Shown in pieces: positions 39,566 to 49,612 of a stretch of 64,000 nucleotides of DNA. The stretch is taken from NCBI GenBank assembly GCA_037129355.1, contig JBAXVO010000001.1, positions 465 through 64,464 on the forward strand. The letters run 5' to 3'. Positions within the stretch are counted from its first letter, which is position 1, and each line of letters starts with the position of its first letter. The notes under the pieces were generated by a model. The model was not told where the DNA came from. It saw nothing but the letters and a program-made list of their open reading frames with translations, and searched no databases. Both the position numbers and the translations under genes were made by a program. The stretch is from Deltaproteobacteria bacterium. GTDB taxonomy: Bacteria; Myxococcota; Myxococcia; Myxococcales; Anaeromyxobacteraceae.

Positions 39566-40803
39566 CCGGCGCGCGGCCCTCGGGGGAGGGGCGGAAGCTC
39601 CGCGTCGTGCTCGCCCACAACCACTATGGATCCGCCGCGCCGAGCGGCGAGAACGCGGTGTTCGAGGCCGAGCGCGGGCTGCTGCGGGAGCGCGGCCACG
39701 AGGTCCTCTCCTTCGAGCGGCACAGCGACGGGATCCGCGCGCGCGGGATCCTCGGGCTCGCCGAGGGGGCGCTCGCCACCCCCTGGAACCCCTTCGCGGC
39801 CCGCCAGGTCCGCGCCCTGCTCGAACGGGAGCGCCCCGACGTGCTCCACGTCCACAACCCGTTCCCGCTGCTCTCCCCGGCCGTCCTCCACGCGGCGCGC
39901 GGGCTGCCGGTGGCGACCGTCTGGACGCTCCACAACTACCGCCCGTTCTGCGCCGCCGCGACCCTGATGCGGAACGGATCGCCCTGCACCGCGTGCATCG
40001 ACCAGGCGAGCCCGCTGCCCGGGCTCCTGCACGGCTGCTACCGGGACAGCCGCGCCGCCACCGTGCCGCTCACCGCCATGATCGGGCTCCTGCGCCACAA
40101 CGGGACGCTCACCCGCGAGGTGGATGCCTTCGTCGTGCTCACCGAGTTCCAGCGCGAGATGGTGATCCGCGCCGGGCTTCCCGCCGGCCGGGTCCACGTG
40201 AAGCCCAACTTCCGCGAGGCGCCGCCCCCGGTGGTGCCCTGGCAGGAACGGGAGCCGACCGTCCTCTTCGCCGGGCGGCTCGGGCCGGAGAAGGGCGTCC
40301 GGGTCCTGCTCGACGCCTGGGCGGGATGGAGCGGTGCGCCGCGGCTCGACATCGCCGGCGACGGCCCGGAGCGCGCGTCGCTGGAGGCCCGGGCCCGGGC
40401 GCACGGGATCCTCGACCGGGTCCGGTTCCTCGGCCAGCTGGCTCCCGGGGAGGTGGAGCGGCGGATGGCCCGCGCCAGCCTCCTCGCCGTTCCCTCCCTG
40501 TGCTTCGAGGGGTTCCCGCTCGTGATCCGGGACGCCTTCGCGGCCGGGGTTCCGGTGGCGGCGTCGCGGATCGGCGCCCTGGAGCGGATCGTGGACGACG
40601 GCACGACCGGCCTGCTCTTCTCGCCGGGCGACGCGGGAGACCTGCGCCGGCGGTTGGAGTCGGCCTGGGGCGATCGCCCGCGGCTCGAGGCGATGGGGCT
40701 CGCCGCGCGGGCCACCTTCGAGGCCCGCTACACGGCCGACCGCAGCTACGAGGCGCTCCTCGCGATCTACGCGGCGGCCCGGGGCGAGCGAATGGCGCCC
40801 TGA
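39562..40803 (+). CDS. glycosyltransferase family 4 (GT-B)
   Basis: Real part of chimeric ORF 38536..40803. GTG 39562 overlaps the upstream stop (GTGA). EGFPLVIRDAFAAGVPV signature. Confidence 0.85.
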   Translation: MTGARPSGEGRKLRVVLAHNHYGSAAPSGENAVFEAERGLLRERGHEVLSFERHSDGIRARGILGLAEGALATPWNPFAARQVRALLERERPDVLHVHNPFPLLSPAVLHAARGLPVATVWTLHNYRPFCAAATLMRNGSPCTACIDQASPLPGLLHGCYRDSRAATVPLTAMIGLLRHNGTLTREVDAFVVLTEFQREMVIRAGLPAGRVHVKPNFREAPPPVVPWQEREPTVLFAGRLGPEKGVRVLLDAWAGWSGAPRLDIAGDGPERASLEARARAHGILDRVRFLGQLAPGEVERRMARASLLAVPSLCFEGFPLVIRDAFAAGVPVAASRIGALERIVDDGTTGLLFSPGDAGDLRRRLESAWGDRPRLEAMGLAARATFEARYTADRSYEALLAIYAAARGERMAP

Positions 40804-41588
40804 GGGCGGACGGCCGCCCGCGCCGCCCGCGCGGGGCGCATCGCCGGCAAGAGCGTCCGCTCGGTGAGGAGCTTCCAGAGGAAGACCGCGCTGTCGAGGT
40901 TCCGGCGCCACATCCGCCGCGGCTCCTGGGCGAGCCGGTAGGCCCACTCCAGCCCGTGCCGTCCCGCCCAGTCGGGGGCGCGGACCTTCGTGCCGGCGAG
41001 GAAGTCGAAGGCGGCGCCGACGCCCATGGCGAACGGAACTTCGAGGTATCCGTGGTTCCGGGAGAGCCAAAGCTCCTGCTTGGGCGCGGTCATCCCCACG
41101 AAGAGCGCGTCGGGGTGGGCGGCGTTCACCGCGTCGACGATGGCCCGGTCGGTGGCCTCGTCCCACTCGCCGAACGGAGGGGAGAGCGTCCCGGCGATGA
41201 CGAGCCCCGGCCAGCGGGCCGCGCAGGTCTCGCGGATCCGGCGCAGCGTGGACTCGGAGGCGCCCAGGAAGAAGACCGAGAGCCCCTCCCGCTCGGCGCG
41301 GGCGAGGAAGGCCTCGACGAAGTCCGGGCCGGCCACCCGCTCGGCCACCGGGCCGCGGCGCCGGCGCGCGCCCCAGACGGCCAGCGTGCCGTCGGGGAGC
41401 ACCACGTTCGCCTCGCGGAAATGGGCCCGGAAGGCGGGGACGTGCTGGGCCACGACGATCGAGTGGGCGTTGGCGGTGGTGAAGAGCGACTTCTCCCCGG
41501 CGGCGATCCGGGCCACGGCGAGATCGACGAAGGCGTCCCGGGAGAGGCCCCAGACGGGCACTCCGAGGAGGATGGCGGCAGGGCTCAT
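40767..41588 (-). CDS. WecB/TagA/CpsF-family glycosyltransferase (GT26)
   Basis: Real 3' part of chimeric ORF 40767..43415, ATG 41588. Typical GT26 sequence (TANAHSIV..., FFLGASE..., GMTAPKQELW). Confidence 0.85.
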   Translation of the reverse strand: MSPAAILLGVPVWGLSRDAFVDLAVARIAAGEKSLFTTANAHSIVVAQHVPAFRAHFREANVVLPDGTLAVWGARRRRGPVAERVAGPDFVEAFLARAEREGLSVFFLGASESTLRRIRETCAARWPGLVIAGTLSPPFGEWDEATDRAIVDAVNAAHPDALFVGMTAPKQELWLSRNHGYLEVPFAMGVGAAFDFLAGTKVRAPDWAGRHGLEWAYRLAQEPRRMWRRNLDSAVFLWKLLTERTLLPAMRPARAARAAVRPQGAIRSPRAAA

Positions 41589-42742
41589 GGTGCGCTCCGG
41601 GGGAGGATGGAGGGCTCGGCTCCTCGGCGGCTCCGGCGGAGCCGGCCGTAGATGCGGAGGAGGTGGGCCGCGTTCTCCGACGACTCGAAGTGGCGCCGCG
41701 CGATGGCGGGGTTCTCGCGCCGGGCCGCCTCGGCGACCACCGGATCGCTGCCGGCCGCGGCGATGGCCGACGCCAGGCGGATGGGGTCGGGCCGGGCCAG
41801 CCGGCAACCGCGGCTGGGGGCGAGGAGCGGCCCGTAATCCCCCACGTCGGTGGCGGCGATGGGGCGCCCCGAGGCGAGGTAGAGGCCGAGCTTGCTCTGC
41901 ACGTTCAGGTTGTCCGGGCAGTCGGGGCGGGCGTGGACGAGCACCGAGGCCGCGGCCAGGAGCGAGGGCAGCACGCCCGGATCCGCCGGGTGGAGGACCA
42001 GGGTGCACTCCGGGTCGAACCCGAACCGGGCGATCGCGTCCTCCGGCTCCCCGGCGTCGCGCGAGAGGACGAGGACGAAGGTGAAGGCGTGCCCCAGCCG
42101 GCGCTGCGCGGCCGCGAGCAGGTCGAGCCCCTGGTAGGCGTGGGTCGACCCGACGTACATCGCCACCGGCCTCCCCGGAGCGAGGCCGGCGATCGCGGCC
42201 GGGACCGTGGACGGGTCGGAGAACTCGGAGGTGCGCAGTCCCGGGTAGAGGACGGTCGCCCGATCCGGGTCGACGCCTCCGTCGACGACGCGGTCCCGCT
42301 GGGCGCGAGCCTGGGCGATGACGTGGTCGGCGTGGCGGAGGACCGGGAACTCGGCGGCCGCCCCGAGACGGGAGAGGAGCGGGCGGGCGCCGGGCTGGCC
42401 GCGCCGGGATGGCACGTACGTTCCGTGAAGTTCGACGACGACCGGCACCCCGAGGATGCGGGCCGCCGGCAGCACGGCGAGCGCGGCCAGGTGGCCGTGG
42501 ACGTGGACCACGTCGGCCCGTGCCGCCCGCAGCGCGGAGAGGGCGCGGGCCACGGCGCCGATCATGCCGAGCGGCTGGGGCGCGCCGCCGGGATCGACCT
42601 CGAGCATCGACGCCTCGACCCCCAGCGCGCGCACCGCGGCCGCGACCTTGCGGATGTGGGCCGGCGTCCCGGTGGCGTTGGTGCCCGGCGGAGGGAGCCG
42701 GGTCGAGGCCATGACGACGCGGAGCGGGGAGGGAGGGGCCAT
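41585..42742 (-). CDS. glycosyltransferase family 4 (GT-B)
   Basis: ORF 41585..42742. Its 3' end overlaps the GT26 start by 4 nt (ATGA). GT-B fold sequence pattern. Confidence 0.8.
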   Translation of the reverse strand: MAPPSPLRVVMASTRLPPPGTNATGTPAHIRKVAAAVRALGVEASMLEVDPGGAPQPLGMIGAVARALSALRAARADVVHVHGHLAALAVLPAARILGVPVVVELHGTYVPSRRGQPGARPLLSRLGAAAEFPVLRHADHVIAQARAQRDRVVDGGVDPDRATVLYPGLRTSEFSDPSTVPAAIAGLAPGRPVAMYVGSTHAYQGLDLLAAAQRRLGHAFTFVLVLSRDAGEPEDAIARFGFDPECTLVLHPADPGVLPSLLAAASVLVHARPDCPDNLNVQSKLGLYLASGRPIAATDVGDYGPLLAPSRGCRLARPDPIRLASAIAAAGSDPVVAEAARRENPAIARRHFESSENAAHLLRIYGRLRRSRRGAEPSILPRSAP

Positions 42743-42751
42743 GGTCGTTCC

Positions 42752-43387
42752 TCAGGCCAGGCGGCGCAGCGGGCGGATGTCGCGGACCGGTTCGGCCGGC
42801 GACCCGGCGGCGATCACCCCGCCGGGAAGGGAGCGCGACACCACGCTGCCCGCCGCGACCACCGTGCCGGCGCCGATGGTGACGCCCTTCAGGACCGTGA
42901 CGTTCATCGAGAGCCAGACCCCCGGCTCGATCACCACCGGGGCCGCGCGGGCCGGGACGTCGGCGGCCCGGTCGCCCGCGTCGATGGCGTGCCAGTCGGT
43001 GTCGGTGAGGGTGCAGTTCGCGCCGCACAGCACGCCGTCGCCGATGGAGATGCGGAGCGCCGAACCGAGGACGGTCCCGGACATGCCGACGCCGCGGCCG
43101 ATCGAGATCTCCGCGCCCGGGGCGAGCGTGGAGATCATGCAGGGCCGGTCGAGCCCCACCTGGTTCGACCAGCGGGCGGAGCGGAACTCGCTTCCGGCGC
43201 CGATCCGGATCCGCGTCCCGGGCAGGCGGCGCAGGAGCGGCACGCCGAGGAACCGGACGTCCTGCTCGATCTCGATCCCCCACCAGCGGGCGAGCAGGCG
43301 GGCTGCGACCGTGTCCCGCCGCTGCCGGATCCCGTCCCAGGCCACGGCGACGAGGTGCGGGAGGCTGTCCCGGGTGACGGGTCTCAT
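42752..43387 (-). CDS. hexapeptide-repeat (LbH) acyl/acetyltransferase
   Basis: Real part of chimeric ORF 42752..44056, ATG 43387. Left-handed beta-helix hexapeptide repeats (IGRGVGMSGTVLG..., IGDGVLCGANCTL..., IGAGTVVAAGSVV). Confidence 0.85.
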   Translation of the reverse strand: MRPVTRDSLPHLVAVAWDGIRQRRDTVAARLLARWWGIEIEQDVRFLGVPLLRRLPGTRIRIGAGSEFRSARWSNQVGLDRPCMISTLAPGAEISIGRGVGMSGTVLGSALRISIGDGVLCGANCTLTDTDWHAIDAGDRAADVPARAAPVVIEPGVWLSMNVTVLKGVTIGAGTVVAAGSVVSRSLPGGVIAAGSPAEPVRDIRPLRRLA

Positions 43388-44667
43388 GCCGGCATCTCCA
43401 TGCCTTCCATGACACCGTCGCCGTCCGCGGTGAGACCGAGAATCGACCGGTAGGCGCCGAGGAGGTCCCCGACCACCCGCCGGCGGGCGTGCCGGACGAG
43501 AGCCTCGCCCCGGCCGGCGGCCCCCAGGCGCGTCGCCAGGAGGTCGTTGCCGAGGATGCGGCCGACCCGGTCGGCCAGCGCGGCCGCGTCCCCGGCCGGG
43601 TAGAGGAGCCCGGTGCGCCCGTCGTCGACCAGGCTGGGCGTCCCCCCCGCCGCCGCGGCCACGCAGGGCACCCCGACGGTCTGGGCCTCGCACAGGCTGT
43701 TGGAGCTGTTCTCGGCGAACGACGGCATGACGTAGGCGTGCGCGCCGGTGAGCAGCCGGGTGAGCGACGGGGCGTCGAGGAAGCCGAGCAGCCGGATCCG
43801 CCCGGAGAAGGTGGTCCGGTCGATGCGCTCCCGGAGGAGGCGGCCGTAGCCGGAGCGATCCGAGATCCCGCCGGCGACGTCGATCTCGAGCCCCGGGTGG
43901 TGGCGCGCGATGATCGAGGCGGCGTCGAGCAGCGTCTCCAGGCCGCGCCGGGGCTGGCCGGCGTTGGTCACCACCACCCGCCCCCGGCGGCAGCGCGACA
44001 GGCTCCACTGCGCGGTGGCGAACTCGGGGCGGAGGATCTCGCCGACCCGGTGCCACGGGGTCGCCGGCGCGATCGCCGCCGCCTGCTCCCGGTCCCAGTC
44101 GGTCCGGCCGAGGACGGCGTCGACCCCGCGCAGCACCTCGGCCTCGCGCCGGGCGCCGTTCCGGAAGGCCTGGCGCTCCCAGTAGAGGCCGCGCCCGGTG
44201 AGGAGCTCCGAGACCCGCTGCGCCGCCAGCCGGTCGGCCGCCGGGAGCGCGCCGTAGAAGTCCCTCGCGTTGGCGGAGAGCAGCCCCTGGAGCGAGACCA
44301 CGGTGGGGCGGTCCACGAGGCCACGAGCCCGGAGCAGCCCGAAGAAGCGCTCGCTGCCGTGCACGTGGATCAGGTCCGGGTCGAACCGCTCGACGACGTC
44401 CCGGCAGGCGAGGAGGTCGGAACGGGAGGCCCCGAAGTGGGAGGCGAATCGCCCCTGCCCCACCACGAAGTACTCCACCCCGTCCTCCTCGAACTGCATG
44501 TCGGGAAGGGACGGGTAGGCGGTGGCGACCCCGAGCTCGAGTCCCGGGACCGACCGCAGCGCCAGCAGCAGCTGCGCCATCCAGTGGCCCGACCCCGCGG
44601 TGGGTCGGCCGGTCCGGCGGTCGACCGCGGGAAGCGGGATGTTGGTGAACCAGAGGACGCGCATCAT
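43384..44667 (-). CDS. glycosyltransferase family 4 (GT-B)
   Basis: Real part of chimeric ORF 43384..45366, ATGATG at 44667. MMRVLWFTN... N-terminus and FAENSSNSLCEAQTVGVPCV signature. Confidence 0.85.
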   Translation of the reverse strand: MMRVLWFTNIPLPAVDRRTGRPTAGSGHWMAQLLLALRSVPGLELGVATAYPSLPDMQFEEDGVEYFVVGQGRFASHFGASRSDLLACRDVVERFDPDLIHVHGSERFFGLLRARGLVDRPTVVSLQGLLSANARDFYGALPAADRLAAQRVSELLTGRGLYWERQAFRNGARREAEVLRGVDAVLGRTDWDREQAAAIAPATPWHRVGEILRPEFATAQWSLSRCRRGRVVVTNAGQPRRGLETLLDAASIIARHHPGLEIDVAGGISDRSGYGRLLRERIDRTTFSGRIRLLGFLDAPSLTRLLTGAHAYVMPSFAENSSNSLCEAQTVGVPCVAAAAGGTPSLVDDGRTGLLYPAGDAAALADRVGRILGNDLLATRLGAAGRGEALVRHARRRVVGDLLGAYRSILGLTADGDGVMEGMEMPA

Positions 44668-45968
44668 CGACTCGCGGGGGCGCCGGGGGACCGAGCCACC
44701 GGGGCGGCGCAGGCCCCGACGCAGAGGAGGACGACCTCGTAGTCGAGCGCGGCGCTCGGGAACGAGGAGGAGAGCATCCGCGCGCCCCAGAGGAGGGCGA
44801 CGGCGGCGAAGGCGAGGCGGGCGCCGGTCTCCCTGGACCGGAACACGCGCAGCGGGGGGCCCAGGTGGACCGCGCACCAGGCGACGAGCAGCGGGACGCC
44901 GCCGAAGAAGAGCAGCGAGAGGTAGCCGACGTCGGTGCCGCCGGCCCAGCGCGGGCTCATGCCCGGCCAGTTCCAGGTGGCGCGCGCCCCCCGTCCGAGC
45001 AGGAGGTCGGAGAGCGGGACGTCGGTGAGGAAGGCGGCGATCTGGCCGGTGCGGGAGTCCTCGCCGATCCGTTCGCTGAGCCCCAGGAAGGAGAGCTCGA
45101 ACACACGCCCCACGGCCGTCCCGCTCGCCAGCCAGGAGACGACGCCGACCCCCACCGCCGCCACGGCGGCGGCCTCGAGGACGCGGGCCACCGGGCGCCC
45201 GGCGCGGCGAGCCGAGATCCACGCGTCGGCGAGGACGAGGAGCGACAGCATGACGAGGTTGAGCCGGGTCTGCACGATCACCGACCCGGCCGCGTACACG
45301 ATCGCCGGCACCCAGCGCAGGTGGCGCGACGCCGAGGTCCCGCGGTGGGGGCGCAGCACGAGCCACGCCGCCGGGAAGTAGAGCGCGTTCAGGTAGCCGG
45401 AGAGGGCGGCCACGGTCTCCTGGCGGAGGAAGGAGCGCAGGTGCACCGCCTCCCAGGCCACCAGGCCGGTGAGGGTCCAGGCGAGCAGGTCGAGGGCCCG
45501 GCCGATGGTGGGCAGGACGTCGGCGCGGGCCGAGGCGAAGAGGAGCAGCGAGACGAGCGCCAGCCAGGGGCCGGTGGTCCCGAAGACGCGCGAGGAGAGG
45601 AAGTCGTCGGCGTCGAGGCCGCGAACGGCGACGAGCATCCCGGCGGCGAGGAACACCCAGAACCAGGCCACGAGCGTCCGCGACATCCGCCTCCCCCGGA
45701 CCGCGAAGGCGAGGGCGCCCGCCGCGGTCAGCGCCGCGAGGCGCAGCGCGTGGGCGGCGTAGTAGAGGGCCGGGCGCGGGGCCTCGGCCACGTCCTCCCA
45801 GACGCCCGTCGTGGCCTGGGCGACCCGCGAACCCTGGAGCGAGACGGTGGCGAGCAGCGAGGCAGCGAGTCCGATGGCGATGAGCCCCGAGACGAGGGCA
45901 GGCACGAAGGGGCGGCCCCGGGAGAGGCCGGGGGCGATGGCGGCGCCGGCCGGGAGGGCGCCGATCAC
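44664..45968 (-). CDS. wzy: Wzy-type polysaccharide polymerase / O-antigen-ligase-like membrane protein
   Basis: Real part of chimeric ORF 44664..46460. GTG 45968 overlaps the wzx stop (GTGA). About 10-12 TM helices with a large loop. Position between wzx and a GT gene. Confidence 0.7.
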   Translation of the reverse strand: MIGALPAGAAIAPGLSRGRPFVPALVSGLIAIGLAASLLATVSLQGSRVAQATTGVWEDVAEAPRPALYYAAHALRLAALTAAGALAFAVRGRRMSRTLVAWFWVFLAAGMLVAVRGLDADDFLSSRVFGTTGPWLALVSLLLFASARADVLPTIGRALDLLAWTLTGLVAWEAVHLRSFLRQETVAALSGYLNALYFPAAWLVLRPHRGTSASRHLRWVPAIVYAAGSVIVQTRLNLVMLSLLVLADAWISARRAGRPVARVLEAAAVAAVGVGVVSWLASGTAVGRVFELSFLGLSERIGEDSRTGQIAAFLTDVPLSDLLLGRGARATWNWPGMSPRWAGGTDVGYLSLLFFGGVPLLVAWCAVHLGPPLRVFRSRETGARLAFAAVALLWGARMLSSSFPSAALDYEVVLLCVGACAAPVARSPGAPASR

Positions 45969-47350
45969 GGGCAACCCCACTCGGCGCGCTTGCGCGAGAG
46001 CACCCAGGCGATGAACGGGGCCTGGACGGCGGTCAGGAGGGCCGCGGTGAGGAACCAGGCGAGCGCGACGCCGCCGGCCCCGCGCGGCGCCAGGAGCGCG
46101 GTGAGGAGCACGAGCAGTCCGCCGCGGAGGACCGCGAGGGCCACGCCCGCCCGGTGCGCTCCCAGCGCCCAGATGGCCTGCCCGACGGACATGTTGGCGG
46201 CGAGGAGCACCGCGGCGCCGCAGCAGAGGACGAGCACCGACCCGCGCTCGGCGAAGGCCGGTCCGCTGGCGGCGAGCAGCCAGGGGGCGAGCGCCGCGAC
46301 CGGGATGGCGACGAGCAGCGCGAGGCCGGTGGAGGCCGCGAAGCTGGCGCCGAGCGCCCGCCGGAGCCCGAGGAAATCCCGGGCGGGCAGGGCGCTCGCC
46401 ACGAGCGGGAGGCCGAGTCCGGAGACCGCGCTCGCCAGGAAGAGGACGACCGCCTGCCACTGGCGGGCCACGCCGAGCACGCCGGCCTCGGCGAGGCTCG
46501 ACCGGGCGAGCAGCGCCGTCGACGCCCAGGTGGCGAAGGTGAGGGCGAGGCTCGCCGCCACCGCGGGCACGCCCACGTGGGCCAGTTCCCGGAGATCGGC
46601 GGCGCGCGGCGCGAAGGCGAGCCCGATGGACCGGCTCGCCGCCTCGCTCCGGAGGGCGCGGTGCTGGGCCACGGCGCAGGCGACCGCCGCGACCACGGAG
46701 CCGGCCAGCGCGCCCGGGGCTCCGGCGAGAAGGGCTCCCGGAATGACGGCGACGAGCGTGACCCCGCCACGGACCGCGGCCGCGCCGGCCAGTCCGCGGA
46801 AGGCCTCCAGCCCGGAGAGCGCCCCCGCCTGCGCGGCGCAGACCGAGGCGGCCAAGGTGAGCGGCGCTCCGGCCCGCAGCAGCGGGGCGAGCTCGGGGGC
46901 GGCGAGCAGGCTCCCGGCCACCCAGGGTGCGAGGACGAACTGCAGGGCGGCGAGGAGGAGCCCCGCCGCGGCGGCGAGCGACACCGCCCCGCCGGCCAGC
47001 CGGCCCGCCCGATCCGGATCGGCGGCGCGCGCCTCGGCGACGTGGCGCGTCGCGGCCACGGCGAGCCCCGCCCCGGCCACCTCGGCGAGCAGGCTGCAGG
47101 TGCCCACCGCCACCACGAGCGAGCCGTACGCCCCCGCGCCCAGCGCGCGCGCGGCCAGCGCCGCGGCGACGAGCGCGATCCCCGGCGCCACCCCCGACCC
47201 GAGCACCGACCAGGCCGCGCCCGAGGCCACCCGCCGGCGCAGCGAGCCGGCCGGGAGGAAGGAAGCGAAGCGGGCGGCGAGCGCGCTCCCCGCCTCGGGG
47301 CTGGCGGCCGTCGGGCCGGCGCCGGGAATCGCATTCACGGAAAGTCTCAC
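45965..47350 (-). CDS. wzx: Wzx-type flippase (MOP/polysaccharide biosynthesis protein family)
   Basis: 461-aa, ~12-14 TM ORF. GTG 47350 overlaps the wzc stop (GTGA). Position and topology are typical of Wzx. Confidence 0.75.
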   Translation of the reverse strand: MRLSVNAIPGAGPTAASPEAGSALAARFASFLPAGSLRRRVASGAAWSVLGSGVAPGIALVAAALAARALGAGAYGSLVVAVGTCSLLAEVAGAGLAVAATRHVAEARAADPDRAGRLAGGAVSLAAAAGLLLAALQFVLAPWVAGSLLAAPELAPLLRAGAPLTLAASVCAAQAGALSGLEAFRGLAGAAAVRGGVTLVAVIPGALLAGAPGALAGSVVAAVACAVAQHRALRSEAASRSIGLAFAPRAADLRELAHVGVPAVAASLALTFATWASTALLARSSLAEAGVLGVARQWQAVVLFLASAVSGLGLPLVASALPARDFLGLRRALGASFAASTGLALLVAIPVAALAPWLLAASGPAFAERGSVLVLCCGAAVLLAANMSVGQAIWALGAHRAGVALAVLRGGLLVLLTALLAPRGAGGVALAWFLTAALLTAVQAPFIAWVLSRKRAEWGCP

Positions 47351-49590
47351 CGGTACGAGTACTGGTAGTGGTATCCGTGGCCGCCCTCGCGTGAGGGGCG
47401 CGCCCCGTTCAGGACCACCGCGTGCAGCTCCACCCCGCCCTGGGCGTAGGCCTTCACGGCCGCGCCGATCTCCCGGACCGGGTGACGCCCGGCCCGCAGG
47501 ACGAGCAGGTTCACCGCGCAGTGGCGGCTCACCAGCACGGCGTCGGTGACGGCCAGGATGGGCGCGGTGTCGACCACGACGACGTCGTAGCTCCGCGAGG
47601 CCCAGTCCATCACCTTGCGGAACCGGTCGCTGGCCAGCAGCTCCGACGGATTGGGCGCGGTCCGCCCCCGGGGCAGGAAGTCGAGCCCGGCCTGGGCGGT
47701 GGGGCGAACGGCGCCCGGGAGCGCCTCGCCGGCGGCGATCATCTCCGAGAGCCCCGGCTCACCGCCGCCGCCCAGGAGCTCGTGGAGCCTGCCCTTGCGG
47801 AGGTCGGCGTCGACGAGGAGGACGCGGCTCCCCGACTCGGCGAGCACCTGGGCCAGGTTGGCGGCCACGAAGGACTTGCCCACGCCCGGGCTCGGACCTC
47901 CCAGGGCGACGACGTTTCCGTCCCCCTCGGCGAGTGCGAAGGCGACGCTGGTGCGCAGCGCCCGCAGCGCCTCGACGGCCAGGTCGTTCGGGTCGTGCCG
48001 GGCGAGCAGCGGGTTCTCGAGCGAGCCGCCGCGCCGCTGGGAGCGGGCCAGGGCGGTCTGGGCGTCGCTGTGCGGCACGGAGGCGTAGACGGAGAGGCCG
48101 GTGACCCGCTCCACCGCCTCGGGATCCTCGAGGCCGCGCGCCAGCGCCCTTCGCAGGAAGGCGAGCCCGATGCCCAGGGCCAGTCCGACGGCGAGCGCCG
48201 CGGCCAGGGCCGGCATCGGGTCGGGCCGGATGGGGCGCCGGGCCCGGACGGCCGTGTCGAGGACCCGCACGTTGCCGACCGTGCCCGACTTCACCACCTT
48301 GAGTTCCTGCACCTTGTTCACCACGAGCAGGTACAGCTCGTTCGCCACCTTCACGTCGCGGAGGAGGGAGGCGGAGCGCATCTCGGCCTCGGGGAGGTCG
48401 CGGAGCCGGGCCAGGGACGCGTCCCGCTCGCCGCGCAGCTTGCCGATCTTGTCCTCGAGGGCGAGCGCAGCGGGGTGGCTGTCGGTGAAGCGCTGGCGCA
48501 GTTCGGTGCGCTGCAGGAGGAGCTCGGAGAGACGGCGCTCGGTGTCGGCCGAGCGCTCGAGGACGCCCTTGGTCTCGAGCCCCACGTCGACCCGGCCGTG
48601 GGTGCGCCGGTACTTCTCGAGGGCTGCCTCGGCCGCGTCGAGGTTCTCCCGCAGGGTGGGGAGCTGGCCGCTCAGGAAGGCGAGCGTCTTCTCCGCCTCC
48701 GCGCTGCGCCGGTCGACGTTCTGGCGCTGGTAGTCCTGGGCCACCGCGTCGACCGTCCGGGCCACGACGTCCCGGTCCGGCCCCTCGAGGGCGATCTGCA
48801 GGATGCCGGTCTTGCGGCCGCGCTCTCCGACGGCGAGCCGGCCCTGCAACCGCTCCACCGCCTCCTCGAGCGGAAGCCGGGTGAGGCGGAAGCGGGTCCC
48901 GGCCCTCGCGTCCAGCCGGGAGACGAAGAGCTCCACGCCGCTCCCCGCGGCGGCGACGCCCACGGTTCCCTCGAGAACGGGTCGGCCGTCGGGGTCGGCC
49001 AGCTGGAAGCGACCCTGGTCGCCGGCGGTCAGCACGAGGGTCTTGCCGAGCAGCGCCTCCGGCACGTCGAGCCGTCCCACCGCGATCCGCTCCCCGCCCC
49101 AGGCGAAGCCCCGGAGCATCGGCGGAGCCGAGGCCGCCCCTTCGCCGTCCCGGCGGCGGGCCACCGCGGCGCCCACGACCGGGAAGTGGCGGGGGACCGC
49201 GACGACGTCGAGCCCGAGCCGCTCGACCACCCCGCCGAGCAGCGCGCGGGAGCGAATGACCTCGATCTCGGTCTCGGCAGGCGTGGTGCTCGAGAAGGCC
49301 GCGGTCAGCTCCTCCAGCCCGGCGATTCCCTTGGAGCGTTCCTCCACCTGCACCACCGCGTCGGACCGGTAGATCGGCGTCGCGACGAGCACCCAGGCGC
49401 CCGTCGCCGCGAGGCAGGCGGCCACCACCCCGGCGATGAGCCAGCGCGAGTTCGAGACGAGGGCGGCCCACTCCCGCAGGGCCGAGTCGTCCGGATCATC
49501 GGGGCTGACCGAATCGACGAGCTCGATCCGCGGGGGGTCGACCACCTTGGGCGTGCGCTTCCTCGCGGCCTGGTGCCTGGCTGTCTCCAT
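47347..49590 (-). CDS. wzc: polysaccharide co-polymerase with fused BY-kinase domain (Wzc, PCP-2a)
   Basis: ATG 49590 (METARHQ...). Wzz domain, long periplasmic coiled coil, second TM, Walker A GPSPGVGKS, Walker B VVVDTAP, and a short C-terminal Tyr cluster GYHYQYSYR. Confidence 0.9.
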   Translation of the reverse strand: METARHQAARKRTPKVVDPPRIELVDSVSPDDPDDSALREWAALVSNSRWLIAGVVAACLAATGAWVLVATPIYRSDAVVQVEERSKGIAGLEELTAAFSSTTPAETEIEVIRSRALLGGVVERLGLDVVAVPRHFPVVGAAVARRRDGEGAASAPPMLRGFAWGGERIAVGRLDVPEALLGKTLVLTAGDQGRFQLADPDGRPVLEGTVGVAAAGSGVELFVSRLDARAGTRFRLTRLPLEEAVERLQGRLAVGERGRKTGILQIALEGPDRDVVARTVDAVAQDYQRQNVDRRSAEAEKTLAFLSGQLPTLRENLDAAEAALEKYRRTHGRVDVGLETKGVLERSADTERRLSELLLQRTELRQRFTDSHPAALALEDKIGKLRGERDASLARLRDLPEAEMRSASLLRDVKVANELYLLVVNKVQELKVVKSGTVGNVRVLDTAVRARRPIRPDPMPALAAALAVGLALGIGLAFLRRALARGLEDPEAVERVTGLSVYASVPHSDAQTALARSQRRGGSLENPLLARHDPNDLAVEALRALRTSVAFALAEGDGNVVALGGPSPGVGKSFVAANLAQVLAESGSRVLLVDADLRKGRLHELLGGGGEPGLSEMIAAGEALPGAVRPTAQAGLDFLPRGRTAPNPSELLASDRFRKVMDWASRSYDVVVVDTAPILAVTDAVLVSRHCAVNLLVLRAGRHPVREIGAAVKAYAQGGVELHAVVLNGARPSREGGHGYHYQYSYR

Positions 49591-49594
49591 GCCG

Positions 49595-49612
49595 GCTTGA
49601 CACCCGTCAAGC
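49595..49612. promoter_or_regulatory. perfect 7-bp inverted repeat GCTTGAC-N4-GTCAAGC abutting the wzc start codon
   Basis: The palindrome lies 5-22 nt upstream of the wzc ATG (49590), where an RBS would be expected. No Shine-Dalgarno sequence is visible. Confidence 0.5.
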
